A stretch of DNA of 64,000 bases from Burkholderiaceae bacterium. Lineage in GTDB: Bacteria > Patescibacteriota > Saccharimonadia > Saccharimonadales > AQU-01. A program made the position numbers and the translations under genes. Of the stretch, positions 51,817-61,236 are shown piece after piece (position 1 is the stretch's first letter; each line of letters begins with the position of its first letter). Under the pieces are notes generated by a model. That model searched no databases and had not been told where the DNA came from. It saw nothing but the letters and a program-made list of their open reading frames with translations. Where the stretch lies: contig JAYVTZ010000005.1 of the NCBI GenBank assembly GCA_043788365.1, forward strand, positions 77,249-141,248, written 5' to 3'.

Positions 51817-51986
51817 TGATTTTTGCAGTTCTCATACCGATTTGTTTATATCTTGCTGCATCGAGTATTTCGCAAGCGAGGAAAGCTGGCATATTCTCAA
51901 CAAACAGTAAGATTAGGCTCGTAATTAGTATCTTGATTGCTGGATTGCTGATTGCGATGTTGATGTTTTTCAATAAGTCCAACTAA
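51816..51986 (+). CDS. Small 2-TM membrane protein, 56 aa, between groES and groEL (below the track cutoff)
   Basis: Own translation: MIFAVLIPICLYLAASSISQARKAGIFSTNSKIRLVISILIAGLLIAMLMFFNKSN. Its ATG overlaps the groES stop (TAATG). It ends 14 nt before the groEL ATG. Confidence 0.45.
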   Translation: MIFAVLIPICLYLAASSISQARKAGIFSTNSKIRLVISILIAGLLIAMLMFFNKSN

Positions 51987-52000
51987 AGGAGTTAAATACT

Positions 52001-53653
52001 ATGGCAAAAAAAGTTTTTTATGATGACGATGCACGCAGGCGCGTGCTAGGTGGAGCACAGATTTTATACGACGCCGTTAAAACAACTATGGGGCCAAAAG
52101 GTCGCAATGTAGTAATCAGTAAAAGTTACGGTAACCCAACCGTCACTCACGACGGCGTGACCGTTGCTAAGGGCGTTGAATTAGCAGATGTCGATGACGA
52201 AACTCTCGGCTACAAAGTTGGTGCCGAACTTATCAAACAAGCCGCTAGCAAGATGAATGATGTCGCTGGTGACGGCACAACTACTGTCACGGTATTGACC
52301 TACCACATCCTGAATGAAGCCAACAAGCTGATTGCTGCTGGACACAATCCAATGCTACTTAGAAAAGGCCTTGAGGCTGCTTCTGCCGAAGTTATCTCGA
52401 AATTAATTACGCTTAGCGAAGATATCAAGGGCAAGAACTCGCGCGTCGCCGAAGTCGCGACGATTAGCGCCGGCGATAAAGATATCGGTGATTTAATCGC
52501 CGACATCATCGACAAAGTCGGTAAAGACGGCGTTGTCACGGTCGAAGAAGGGCAGGGACTACTGCTAGAGAGTGAGGTTGTCGAAGGCTTTACTATGGAC
52601 CGCGGCTTTGTCAGTGCCTATATGGTGACTGACCCTGTGCGCATGGAAGCCATCGCCGAAAAACCTGCTGTTATCATTACCGATAAGAAAATTGGCTCAA
52701 TCCAAGAATTTTTGCCACTACTAGAGAAATTGGCTCAGGCTGGCAAAAAAGATTTAATCCTGATCGCTGAAGACGTTGAAGGTGAGGCGCTTGGGACTTT
52801 GGTGCTCAACAAACTAAAGGGCGTATTCAACACTATCGCCGTTAAGGCTCCGTCTTTTGGTGATCGTCGCAAAGAAGTCCTACAAGACATTGCCGTCTTA
52901 ACCGGCGGACAGGTTATCACTGATGACCGTGGTATGACCTTCGAAAATGTCGATTTGGATGTTGTCGGTACGGCTCGTAAAGTCATCGTCACTAAAGACG
53001 AAACAACGATTATCGAAGGTGGCGGTACCTCAGCTGAGATTAAGGCCAGAATTGGTCAGATTACTGCTCAAGCCGATGCAACTAAGAGTGAATACGACAA
53101 AGAATACCTAGAGAAACGTCGGGCCGCTCTATCAGGCAAAGTCGCCCTGATTAAGGTTGGTGGTGCCACCGAGACCGAAATCGAAGAGAAGAAATACCGA
53201 GTTGACGACGCCGTTCACGCTGTTAAAGCAGCTTTGGATGAGGGTATCGTACCAGGTGGTGGTGTAACGCTGATTAATATTAGTTCAGCAATTACGACCA
53301 GTGGCTCAGACGATGCGTCAGTTACGGCCGGTAAATCAATCTTAAGATTAGCGCTTGAACAACCATTTAGAATTCTGCTAGCCAACTCTGGTCTGAACCC
53401 GGATGAGTGGCTACCTCAAGTCAAGGCGAGTAAAAGTGGACAGGGAATCGACGTCAATAATCCGTTAAAACTAGTCGACCTCAAATCGGTTGGTATTATC
53501 GACCCGTCTCGCGTTACCCGCGTAGCACTTGAAAGCGCTGCTTCAATCGCCGGTACGGCTATGACCATGGGTGCGCTTGTTGTTGATGTTCCAGAACCTA
53601 AGTCGGCAAACCCGGATATGGGTGCCATGGGTGCTGGCATGGGCATGATGTAG
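52001..53653 (+). CDS. groEL: Chaperonin GroEL
   Basis: 550 aa with the AGDGTTT motif and a C-terminal GAMGAGMGMM tail. Confidence 0.97.
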   Translation: MAKKVFYDDDARRRVLGGAQILYDAVKTTMGPKGRNVVISKSYGNPTVTHDGVTVAKGVELADVDDETLGYKVGAELIKQAASKMNDVAGDGTTTVTVLTYHILNEANKLIAAGHNPMLLRKGLEAASAEVISKLITLSEDIKGKNSRVAEVATISAGDKDIGDLIADIIDKVGKDGVVTVEEGQGLLLESEVVEGFTMDRGFVSAYMVTDPVRMEAIAEKPAVIITDKKIGSIQEFLPLLEKLAQAGKKDLILIAEDVEGEALGTLVLNKLKGVFNTIAVKAPSFGDRRKEVLQDIAVLTGGQVITDDRGMTFENVDLDVVGTARKVIVTKDETTIIEGGGTSAEIKARIGQITAQADATKSEYDKEYLEKRRAALSGKVALIKVGGATETEIEEKKYRVDDAVHAVKAALDEGIVPGGGVTLINISSAITTSGSDDASVTAGKSILRLALEQPFRILLANSGLNPDEWLPQVKASKSGQGIDVNNPLKLVDLKSVGIIDPSRVTRVALESAASIAGTAMTMGALVVDVPEPKSANPDMGAMGAGMGMM

Positions 53654-53668
53654 TCAGCAGAGGTCTGT

Positions 53669-54238
53669 TTACCGACTACTTAACGACCTTGGGGGCTTCA
53701 ACTTAGTCCGGTTGGCTAGTTTTTCGGCAGTCCGGCCCAATTTATCGCTTAGTAACTTGAAGCCGAGTCCGATTCCCTCTATATAAGTTAGCCCGCCGGT
53801 TTCAGAGAAAGGTGAGGGCATATTATCTCTTTCAGCGCGTATGGGCGTACCGCTTTCGTCAACTGGCAATAAGAGATATCTAGCCGAGCCACTTGGGCTG
53901 AGTAGGGCTGATTTTCCTAACTTGGCCAGAATTCTATGTCTTGGTACGCCCAGTTTATTTGCTGCGCTGGCATGCGATAATCCCTCTTGTAGCGAAGTCT
54001 TGGTACCTTCAATTATTCCAGATACCACTGGTGCTGCGCCCTCAGTTAGTGATTGACCAGCGCGAGCCAACAGACTTGAAGCAGCTCGGAATAAGTACGG
54101 AGCCACGACCCTTTTGTCTCTTACATCATCTGCAATATCTAGCGGGTTGGGTTCTGTACTTTCTGCAGTAGCCGCGGGCGTAAAAGCAACCTGCTGTCTG
54201 TCACTATTTAAATTGAATAAGTAATTGATAGGTCTCAT
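53669..54238 (-). CDS. Hypothetical protein, 189 aa
   Basis: Intact ORF. TGCCATAAT lies 9 nt upstream of the ATG. No recognisable family. Confidence 0.5.
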   Translation of the reverse strand: MRPINYLFNLNSDRQQVAFTPAATAESTEPNPLDIADDVRDKRVVAPYLFRAASSLLARAGQSLTEGAAPVVSGIIEGTKTSLQEGLSHASAANKLGVPRHRILAKLGKSALLSPSGSARYLLLPVDESGTPIRAERDNMPSPFSETGGLTYIEGIGLGFKLLSDKLGRTAEKLANRTKLKPPRSLSSR

Positions 54239-54367
54239 GTATTTTGCATTATGGCATATTTTTACAATAAATATTAATTACTGTCTCAAGCCATAAGCAT
54301 TTTTTACTATATAATTGCTAATAAGTAGTATTTGTGCTATTGTTTGCTCAGTAACGGGAGTAGTGTT

Positions 54368-54922
54368 ATGGGTTTATTTACACCTAAGTCGGATTCTAAT
54401 AATGTATCTTCTTCTGACATCCAGGATCAGTATCAAGCAGTTCCGAAAGACCGAACTTCAGTAGCTTGGCTACTTGCGGCCTTGTCACTAGTAGCTACGA
54501 TTGTAATTTTTGTTGGTTCTTTTTATGGCGGTAGAGCAATATACCGTAAAGTTTCAAACAAGAATCAATCTGGGGCTGCCGTGACTCAAGACACGGCTAC
54601 ACCGACTCCATCACCAACTCCAAGCGGAAATGTTGACCTAGTCAGCGCTGCCACCTCTTCAACTGTAACTGCCAAAGTCCTAACACCCACAACGACTCCA
54701 GCTCCATTACCAACTGCAACACCGACTCCTATAGCGACACCAGTTGTTACACCAGCTCCTACACCAAGTCCAACGCCAGCTCCAACTGTCGCCAAAACGG
54801 TGCCGGCTAGTAAGCTTGCAAACACTGGGTCTCAGAGTTTTGGGCTCGAAGTCTTTGTCATAACTACGGTTCTGGCTACTATATTACATAGCCTATACAC
54901 CCGAAAAAAACTAAAAGCTTAA
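54368..54922 (+). CDS. Sortase-anchored surface protein (LAxTG-type sorting signal), P/T-rich
   Basis: N-terminal TM/signal anchor and a PT-rich stalk. The C-terminal signal is LANTG (54815-54829) plus a hydrophobic stretch plus RKKLKA. ATG at 54368 with GGGAG upstream. Confidence 0.7.
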   Translation: MGLFTPKSDSNNVSSSDIQDQYQAVPKDRTSVAWLLAALSLVATIVIFVGSFYGGRAIYRKVSNKNQSGAAVTQDTATPTPSPTPSGNVDLVSAATSSTVTAKVLTPTTTPAPLPTATPTPIATPVVTPAPTPSPTPAPTVAKTVPASKLANTGSQSFGLEVFVITTVLATILHSLYTRKKLKA

Positions 54923-54929
54923 GCAAAAT

Positions 54930-55595
54930 CTAGCTTTCGTGTTGCTGAGTGAAGTAATTAATCTCGTTAATTATATCGAGTAGAGCTTGAGCCTTAACTT
55001 TTTCATCCTCAATTGCCTGGGCAGACTCATAGGCGGCCTTAATTAGCGATTGGTCGTCGGAAGCCTGAATCATCATCATAGTAGTGCGAAACTTCTCTTC
55101 AGCGTTTTGCTCTAGCTTGCCAATTAGTGGCGAAAGTTGCTGCAAAGCGTTTTGTTTAATACTCAAGAGATCATCGGCCGGTTTATCATCGCTGTCCTGC
55201 TTTTCAGATGACTGGTCATCGGCAATTTCGGGCTTATCATCGCCAAAAGTCTCATTCGACTCCTCACTAGCAATTGGCAGCTCAGGCATAGACATATCTG
55301 GAGACGAGAAAGCGGTATCAACTTGGGGGGTGTCATTAGCGACTGGAGCCGTACTAGGACTAGTCGTATCAGCGTAAGCTTGTTGCGACATCATTGTTGG
55401 CTGAGGGGTATCAGCTGGGGCGTTAAAGGCCATGGTGGTTGGAAAATTTATACTATTGGATGGGTCTGTCGAAGGGGTTGAAGCAAGATTTTCTGGTACC
55501 GGCATCGGTGCAGGTGTCGATGTTGGATAGGCGGGCGTGATAGAAGGCGCACCCGTAACCGCTTGATCTGTTTGATTATTATTGTCGTCGAACAT
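54930..55595 (-). CDS. Acidic P/T/S-rich hypothetical protein with a helical C-terminal domain
   Basis: Intact ORF. The ATG at 55593-55595 is preceded by GGGGG; the track start is a GTG two codons earlier. Confidence 0.5.
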   Translation of the reverse strand: MFDDNNNQTDQAVTGAPSITPAYPTSTPAPMPVPENLASTPSTDPSNSINFPTTMAFNAPADTPQPTMMSQQAYADTTSPSTAPVANDTPQVDTAFSSPDMSMPELPIASEESNETFGDDKPEIADDQSSEKQDSDDKPADDLLSIKQNALQQLSPLIGKLEQNAEEKFRTTMMMIQASDDQSLIKAAYESAQAIEDEKVKAQALLDIINEINYFTQQHES

Positions 55596-55724
55596 GCCCA
55601 CCCCCTATTTCTGCCGATGCAGTTAATTAATTCATGCCTGCTTTAGTTATCAAATGATAATTTTTAATCTACAATAAGAATAGTAACAAAAACATAAGAG
55701 TTACGCAAAGAGAGGGAACGACCA

Positions 55725-56771
55725 ATGCTTGATGACTTAAAATTTATTGAAAAATATGACCCAGAGGACGCGCTAGGCATTACCGCCAAGCAATCGTCAC
55801 AACTAACACATAGTTATGATTTGCCTGAGCTGTCAGGCCAATTTGAAAATATCGTCCACGCCGGGATGGGCGGCTCAGCACTCTGGGCACTACTTAGCAC
55901 TAGTTGGCCGAAGTACACACTACCGTTTGAGGTCGTGCGCGGCTATGATATCCCAACTTATGTCAGCGACAAAACTCTTTTCATTGCCTCGAGCTATTCT
56001 GGCAACACCGAAGAAACCTTATCTTCAATTGCCCAAGCCGAGGCTAAAGGAGCATTTATCGTCGTTATCGCTTCAGGCGGAAAATTAGCTGATATTGCCC
56101 GCGAAAAAAATTACCCATTAATCGCTTTGCCGAAAATTGATAAGCCGCGCTATGGAGCATTGTATGGACTACGTGGTCTTGTGATTTTAGGTGAAAAACT
56201 TGGATTTTTGGCAACACCTAATGCTGTCCAAGAGATGGAACAAATGGCTGGCTTTATCGAGGAATCAATTCAAGGTTGGCTGCCAACAGTTCCTACTTCG
56301 TCAAATATCGCAAAACAAATCGCTAATGATGTAATGGGTAAATCGCCAGTTTTATATGCTGGACCATTACTTACTCCAGCGGCACATAAGTGGAAAATTA
56401 GTTTTAATGAAAATTCCAAAAACGTCGCTTGGGAATATCCTTTCCCGGAATTTAACCACAATGAATTTACTGGCTGGACGTCACATCCAACCGACAAACC
56501 ATATTCGGTAATCTATTTGCAGTCATCATTCGACAACGACCGCATCAAAAAGCGTTTTGACCTTAGCGACAAGCTGCTTAGCGGCCGTTGGCCATCACCA
56601 ATAAGAGTAGACGCGCAGGGTGATTCTCAGCTTAAACAGCTACTTTGGTCAGTCGCACTCGGCGATTTTGTCAGTTTATATCTAGCATTTCTAAATGGCC
56701 ACAGCCCAATCGACACCGGCGACAACGATATTATTGAGAAATTTAAGAAGGAGCTCGGGCCAAATGTCTGA
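55725..56771 (+). CDS. Bifunctional phosphoglucose/phosphomannose isomerase (SIS-domain, archaeal-type PGI/PMI)
   Basis: 348 aa. SIS-type GMGGSA and SYSGNTEET motifs, with length and layout of the PGI/PMI family. Confidence 0.75.
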   Translation: MLDDLKFIEKYDPEDALGITAKQSSQLTHSYDLPELSGQFENIVHAGMGGSALWALLSTSWPKYTLPFEVVRGYDIPTYVSDKTLFIASSYSGNTEETLSSIAQAEAKGAFIVVIASGGKLADIAREKNYPLIALPKIDKPRYGALYGLRGLVILGEKLGFLATPNAVQEMEQMAGFIEESIQGWLPTVPTSSNIAKQIANDVMGKSPVLYAGPLLTPAAHKWKISFNENSKNVAWEYPFPEFNHNEFTGWTSHPTDKPYSVIYLQSSFDNDRIKKRFDLSDKLLSGRWPSPIRVDAQGDSQLKQLLWSVALGDFVSLYLAFLNGHSPIDTGDNDIIEKFKKELGPNV

Positions 56772-57216
56772 CGATAATCCGGCAGCTGGCGGAGTGCCAT
56801 ATTTTGACCCTAGTAGTTTTTCTAACCAACCCTATGCGAGAAGAGTCGAAAAACCATGGGGATACGAGACACATTGGGTCCCCGTCGACAGGCCTTACAT
56901 GGGCAAAATTGAACATCTGAACGCTGGCGCCAGAATGTCTCTTCAGATACATGATAAGAAGCAGGAGAGCTGGTTAATGATGGCCGGCAAAGCAAAAGTC
57001 ATCTGGGAGGATGATAAAGGTGAAATGGTGGAAACTGAGCTACTGCCTGGACAGGGCTACTCTTGTAACATTGGCCAGAAACACCGTCTTGTTGGTATAA
57101 CAGATTGTGACATCATTGAAGTATCCACCCCTGAAATAGGTACGACTTGGCGCCTAGAAGACGACTATAAGCGTCCTAATGAAACTGAAGAACAGCGTCA
57201 AATTGAACGAGCCTAG
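56764..57216 (+). CDS. Cupin-domain protein (type II mannose-6-phosphate isomerase C-terminal-like)
   Basis: EKPWGYE...SLQIHDKKQESW...GQKHRL is a cupin motif. The ATG at 56764 overlaps the upstream stop by 8 nt. Confidence 0.7.
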   Translation: MSDDNPAAGGVPYFDPSSFSNQPYARRVEKPWGYETHWVPVDRPYMGKIEHLNAGARMSLQIHDKKQESWLMMAGKAKVIWEDDKGEMVETELLPGQGYSCNIGQKHRLVGITDCDIIEVSTPEIGTTWRLEDDYKRPNETEEQRQIERA

Positions 57217-57740
57217 ATTGGTTTGTTTTTTAATTTTAGTTTGAACGCTAGATAGCTGGTTATTAAATGTAGGCCAAAATACTCGACTATTACAGTAGCC
57301 ACAAATAGATTACTCCAAAGTATAAGTGGTGAAACCATAATTAAGCCACCAAATATATAGTCAAGCTGGTCGAACGGAAACCAACTATCACCAGCCTTAA
57401 CACCTACTCGACGCTTGAAATGGCTTTCAATCGCATCTCCAGCCAGAGCACCAAAACCCATCAAAGCCCCGGCCAAAGTTATAAAAAGAATATTGTTAGG
57501 TGAGGCTTTATAAAAAGTATGCGCCTCGATGTTTGCAGCAAGACTAGCTACAATCACGCCACTAACCAGGCCACGCCATGTCTTGTTTGGGCCAAATATT
57601 CGCTCACCTTTATACTTTTTACCGAAGTCGAGTGGCGTCTTCCACCTATTTAGCAACGGAACTTTATTGGCTAGGACTGGTGCCATATTTGCAAGACCAG
57701 CTGGGAGGAAAAAAAAGTAGGCCTGGATTAGAAGATTCAC
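57213..57740 (-). CDS. CDP-archaeol synthase (CarS/DUF46)-family cytidylyltransferase homologue
   Basis: LPAGLANMAPVL, PLDFGKKYKGERIFGPNKTWRG and GDAIESHFKRRVG...FPFDQLD align with the archaeal CarS pattern. 5 TM helices. Confidence 0.75.
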   Translation of the reverse strand: MNLLIQAYFFFLPAGLANMAPVLANKVPLLNRWKTPLDFGKKYKGERIFGPNKTWRGLVSGVIVASLAANIEAHTFYKASPNNILFITLAGALMGFGALAGDAIESHFKRRVGVKAGDSWFPFDQLDYIFGGLIMVSPLILWSNLFVATVIVEYFGLHLITSYLAFKLKLKNKPI

Positions 57741-58384
57741 TTTTTAGAAATTAACTTTCTTAATTTATTTGCCTTTGGGTAGAGCAGGGTGCGTAGTGGT
57801 GGCCTGCTATTAACCAGCTTAGCATTTTTTAGCAGCTCAACTAAATTTGTTACATCTGGAACTCCCCCGAGTACGGAATAAGTTGCGCCAATACCTTTTA
57901 AGCCATGGGCATCGCTACTTGCAGCCATAGCCACGCCGTTTTTTGTTGCCCAATCAATAGCTTTACTACTGAAATTCTGAAATACAGCCCGCCCGTTGTG
58001 GACTTCGATAATGTCGACATAACCTTTAATGTCATCTAGGGAACTAGCTGTAATACCGCTGCGAACCGTCTCAAAAGGATGGGGAATATAAACCAATCCA
58101 CCTTGTTTCTTAATCTCATCTGCAGTTTCTTTAGGAGTTAGCCCGGGGCTAACTTTAGCGCCTATAAACAATCCGATTATTTCACCATCGGTGGTCATAA
58201 TCTCTTCGCCAACAATAACTTTATTTGAAAATTCTTCGCCAAGCTCAAGTGCAAAAGTAATCGAATTGTGGTCTGTTATGGCCACAAAATCTAGTAGCTG
58301 ATCGTTTAGTAACTTTCTATATTGTTGTTTGCGAATTCCGCCGTCCGGGGACGTGGCTGAATGGGTGTGAAAATCAGCTTTCAT
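57737..58384 (-). CDS. PHP-domain metal-dependent phosphoesterase
   Basis: MKADFHTHS is the HxH motif, with later conserved His/Asp residues. Overlaps both neighbours. Confidence 0.7.
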   Translation of the reverse strand: MKADFHTHSATSPDGGIRKQQYRKLLNDQLLDFVAITDHNSITFALELGEEFSNKVIVGEEIMTTDGEIIGLFIGAKVSPGLTPKETADEIKKQGGLVYIPHPFETVRSGITASSLDDIKGYVDIIEVHNGRAVFQNFSSKAIDWATKNGVAMAASSDAHGLKGIGATYSVLGGVPDVTNLVELLKNAKLVNSRPPLRTLLYPKANKLRKLISKK

Positions 58385-59012
58385 TAGATTTTTTATTGAG
58401 CGAGTTACTAATATTAATTAGTCGTTGGAAAGCGGTAAACCAAGAGCTTAGCGCTATGACAATGATAGCCAAAATCAATCTGCCAGACAATAGACCAATG
58501 ATGAGTACAGACATTCTGATCTCAAAACGCATCAAACCATCTTGGAAAAGCCGATTAACCTCGTTGGCGGGCAATTTTCCAGCTACGGCTGTTTCGCCCT
58601 TAGCCTTAACATAACTAACAAGTAACGAACCGCCACAAGCTAGGACTGCCCATACAGTCATATTTGGTCGACCAGTTGCGACCATAGCGTAGGCAGCACC
58701 ACTATATAACAAGACTTCTTTCATACGATCAGTTGTGGCATCAAGTAGCATGCCTGCATTGCTTGCCTTGCCCTGCAAACGCGCCAGCTCACCGTCCAGT
58801 GAGTCAAACAGGCCAAAAATTACTAACATAAGTGCTGCCCATTTGTACTCTCTTACACCTACCAAAAGTGCAATAAAAATATGCGCAACTAAACCAGTCA
58901 AAGTAACGGTATTAGGGCTCAACTTGCCGCCACTTAAACTATTAAGTGCCTTGGCCAGTTTGCCTATAAACTTCTTAACAATGTTTCTGATGCTATCTAA
59001 AATCTTATTCAT
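58374..59012 (-). CDS. CDP-alcohol phosphatidyltransferase
   Basis: DSLDGELARLQGKASNAGMLLDATTD matches D-x2-D-G-x2-A-R-x8-G-x3-D-x3-D. Multi-TM. Confidence 0.85.
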   Translation of the reverse strand: MNKILDSIRNIVKKFIGKLAKALNSLSGGKLSPNTVTLTGLVAHIFIALLVGVREYKWAALMLVIFGLFDSLDGELARLQGKASNAGMLLDATTDRMKEVLLYSGAAYAMVATGRPNMTVWAVLACGGSLLVSYVKAKGETAVAGKLPANEVNRLFQDGLMRFEIRMSVLIIGLLSGRLILAIIVIALSSWFTAFQRLINISNSLNKKSNES

Positions 59013-59114
59013 AAGCTTATGTCTTCATTATATAGGAGTGCGCTGGCTTTACTAAATAGCCCTATGACAGCCCAATAATCAGGATAGATACTTATCTGTT
59101 AAACTATTTAATAT

Positions 59115-60776
59115 ATGGATGAGCTCAAAAAACTAATTGCCAATGTCTGTCATGGTCTTTATGCCGTTGACATCGAGCCCGAATTGACTAGGCCGGATGA
59201 GAAGTTTGGCGACTACTCTACTAATGTTGCCTTGCAGCTCGCTAAGGAGTTGAGCGACAATCCACGCTCTATTGCCGAAAATTTGGTTGAACATATCAAG
59301 TCAGACATGATACTGTCGGTAGGTGTTGCCGGAGCTGGCTTTATTAACATCAAATTAACTGATACAGCACTTATTAACAGTCTCGAGTGCTCCAACCGAA
59401 AAACGCTGGCTGGCAAAATTGTTGTAGCCGAATATTCCGACCCTAATCCATTTAAGGTTCTTCACGCCGGTCACCTATATACAACTTTAGTTGGTAACGC
59501 GATTGCTAACCTGCTTGAGGCTGCTGGTGCCGACGTCAAGCGCGTAAACTTCGGTGGCGATGTTGGTTTGCACGTTGCCAAAGCAATGTGGGCAATCATG
59601 CACACAATTGGCAAAAATAATGCCGAGAAGTTTTTAGATAAAATTACTGTTGATGAGAGGGCTATCTGGATTAGCGAGCGCTATGTAGAGGGTAACACAG
59701 CCTATGAAAATAGCGAGTCGTCAAGACTCGAGATTACAGATGTTAACAAGCGCGTCTATGACTTGCATGTTAACGACGACAAGACCTCAGATTTTTCTAA
59801 AACTTATTGGACCTGTAGGCAGTGGAGCTACGATGGCTTTGAAAAGCTTTATAAAGACCTTGGCGTTAAACCCTTTACTAAATATTACCCAGAAAGCGAG
59901 ACAACACAGGCTGGACTCTCGGCCGTCGAACAGCTACTAGAGAAGGGGACTTTAGAAAAGTCGGAAGGTGCCATCATCTACGCCGGCGAGAAAGACGGCT
60001 TGCACACCAGAGTTTTTATAAATTCTAACGGCCTGCCGACCTATGAAGCCAAAGACTTGGGCCTAGCCATTACAAAATGGCAAGATTACCACTTTCATAA
60101 AAGTATCGTCATCACCGCCAACGACATCGTTGAATATATGAAGGTCGTTATGGTCGTTGTTAAGTCACTTTCACCGGAGATAGCTGAGCGCTCTAGTCAT
60201 ATCACTCATGGCATTATCAAACTCGCTGGCGGTGAAAAGATGAGTAGCCGAACCGGCAAAGTACTGCTTGCCCAAGACGTCTTATCGGCTACAGCTGAAG
60301 CTAACAAGCTCGCCACAGGCAGTCACGATAATGACGTAGTTATTGGTGCTATTAAATATGCCTTTCTAAAAAATCGGATTGGTGGTGATGTCATCTATGA
60401 CCCAGCTGAATCAGTTAGTCTTGATGGAAATAGCGGACCATATTTACAGTACGCCCATGCAAGAGCTCGTAGTATTCTACGTAAAAGAGATATTGCTGGC
60501 GCATTGCCCGACAACCTTGAAGAAGGCGAGAGGAGTCTAGCCTTAAAAGTGTCAGAGTATTCAGAGATAGTTGATAAAGCTATTAACGACTTGATGCCCC
60601 ATCACATATGCAGTTATCTCTACGAACTAGCCCAGGTATTCAATCGTTTTTATGAAAATAACCGAGTTTTGGACGACCCACGCGAGTCAGCAAGACTGGC
60701 ACTAGTGAACATATATGCCGATACTCTTAAAAAAGGCCTTGAACTGATTGACATAAAAGCACCAGATTCTATGTAG
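59115..60776 (+). CDS. argS: Arginine--tRNA ligase
   Basis: HAGHLYTT is the HIGH-type motif, MSSRTGK is the KMSK-type motif, and a DALR anticodon-binding end is present. Confidence 0.95.
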   Translation: MDELKKLIANVCHGLYAVDIEPELTRPDEKFGDYSTNVALQLAKELSDNPRSIAENLVEHIKSDMILSVGVAGAGFINIKLTDTALINSLECSNRKTLAGKIVVAEYSDPNPFKVLHAGHLYTTLVGNAIANLLEAAGADVKRVNFGGDVGLHVAKAMWAIMHTIGKNNAEKFLDKITVDERAIWISERYVEGNTAYENSESSRLEITDVNKRVYDLHVNDDKTSDFSKTYWTCRQWSYDGFEKLYKDLGVKPFTKYYPESETTQAGLSAVEQLLEKGTLEKSEGAIIYAGEKDGLHTRVFINSNGLPTYEAKDLGLAITKWQDYHFHKSIVITANDIVEYMKVVMVVVKSLSPEIAERSSHITHGIIKLAGGEKMSSRTGKVLLAQDVLSATAEANKLATGSHDNDVVIGAIKYAFLKNRIGGDVIYDPAESVSLDGNSGPYLQYAHARARSILRKRDIAGALPDNLEEGERSLALKVSEYSEIVDKAINDLMPHHICSYLYELAQVFNRFYENNRVLDDPRESARLALVNIYADTLKKGLELIDIKAPDSM

Positions 60777-60837
60777 CTTATGTCTTAGAGATGATTATCG
60801 GCTATAATTAAGGCTAGCAAATTATTAAGGAGTGAAG

Positions 60838-61236
60838 ATGGCCGAAGAAACTAGAATTGTCGAGAATAAAGAGGTTGTTCGAGTACTACCAGTAGTGAAA
60901 TCACCAAAATGGCTGAAGGGTTTTATCGCTTTCGTGCGTGAACAAGGTGTCGTTGGTGTTGCCGTTGGCTTAACACTCGGTCTTGGGTCAAAAGGCCTGG
61001 TCGATTCACTAGTCACTAATATTCTAAACCCAATAATAGGTATATTGTCTGGCGGCGAAAGCCTAGGTACTAAATTTGTTTGTCTTAAGACTGTCACTGG
61101 TAGCTGCACCACTAAGCTAGGTTATGGACAGTTTTTGAGTGATTTACTAGGCTTTATTGTGATTGCTGCAGTAGTTTACTTCATGGTTAAGGTCTTGAAA
61201 CTAGACCGTTTAGACAAGAAATCCGACAAAGAATGA
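60838..61236 (+). CDS. mscL: Large-conductance mechanosensitive channel
   Basis: [21 protein letters not shown]...ILNPIIG is typical of MscL. AAGGAG lies 5 nt upstream of the ATG at 60838. Confidence 0.85.
   Translation: MAEETRIVENKEVVRVLPVVKSPKWLKGFIAFVREQGVVGVAVGLTLGLGSKGLVDSLVTNILNPIIGILSGGESLGTKFVCLKTVTGSCTTKLGYGQFLSDLLGFIVIAAVVYFMVKVLKLDRLDKKSDKE

Noticed and set aside
53651-53680. Bidirectional terminator between groEL and the convergent 189-aa gene
   Set aside because: It has only a 6-bp stem (GTAGTC/GACTAC) with an 18-nt loop and no U-tracts on either side. That is too weak to call.
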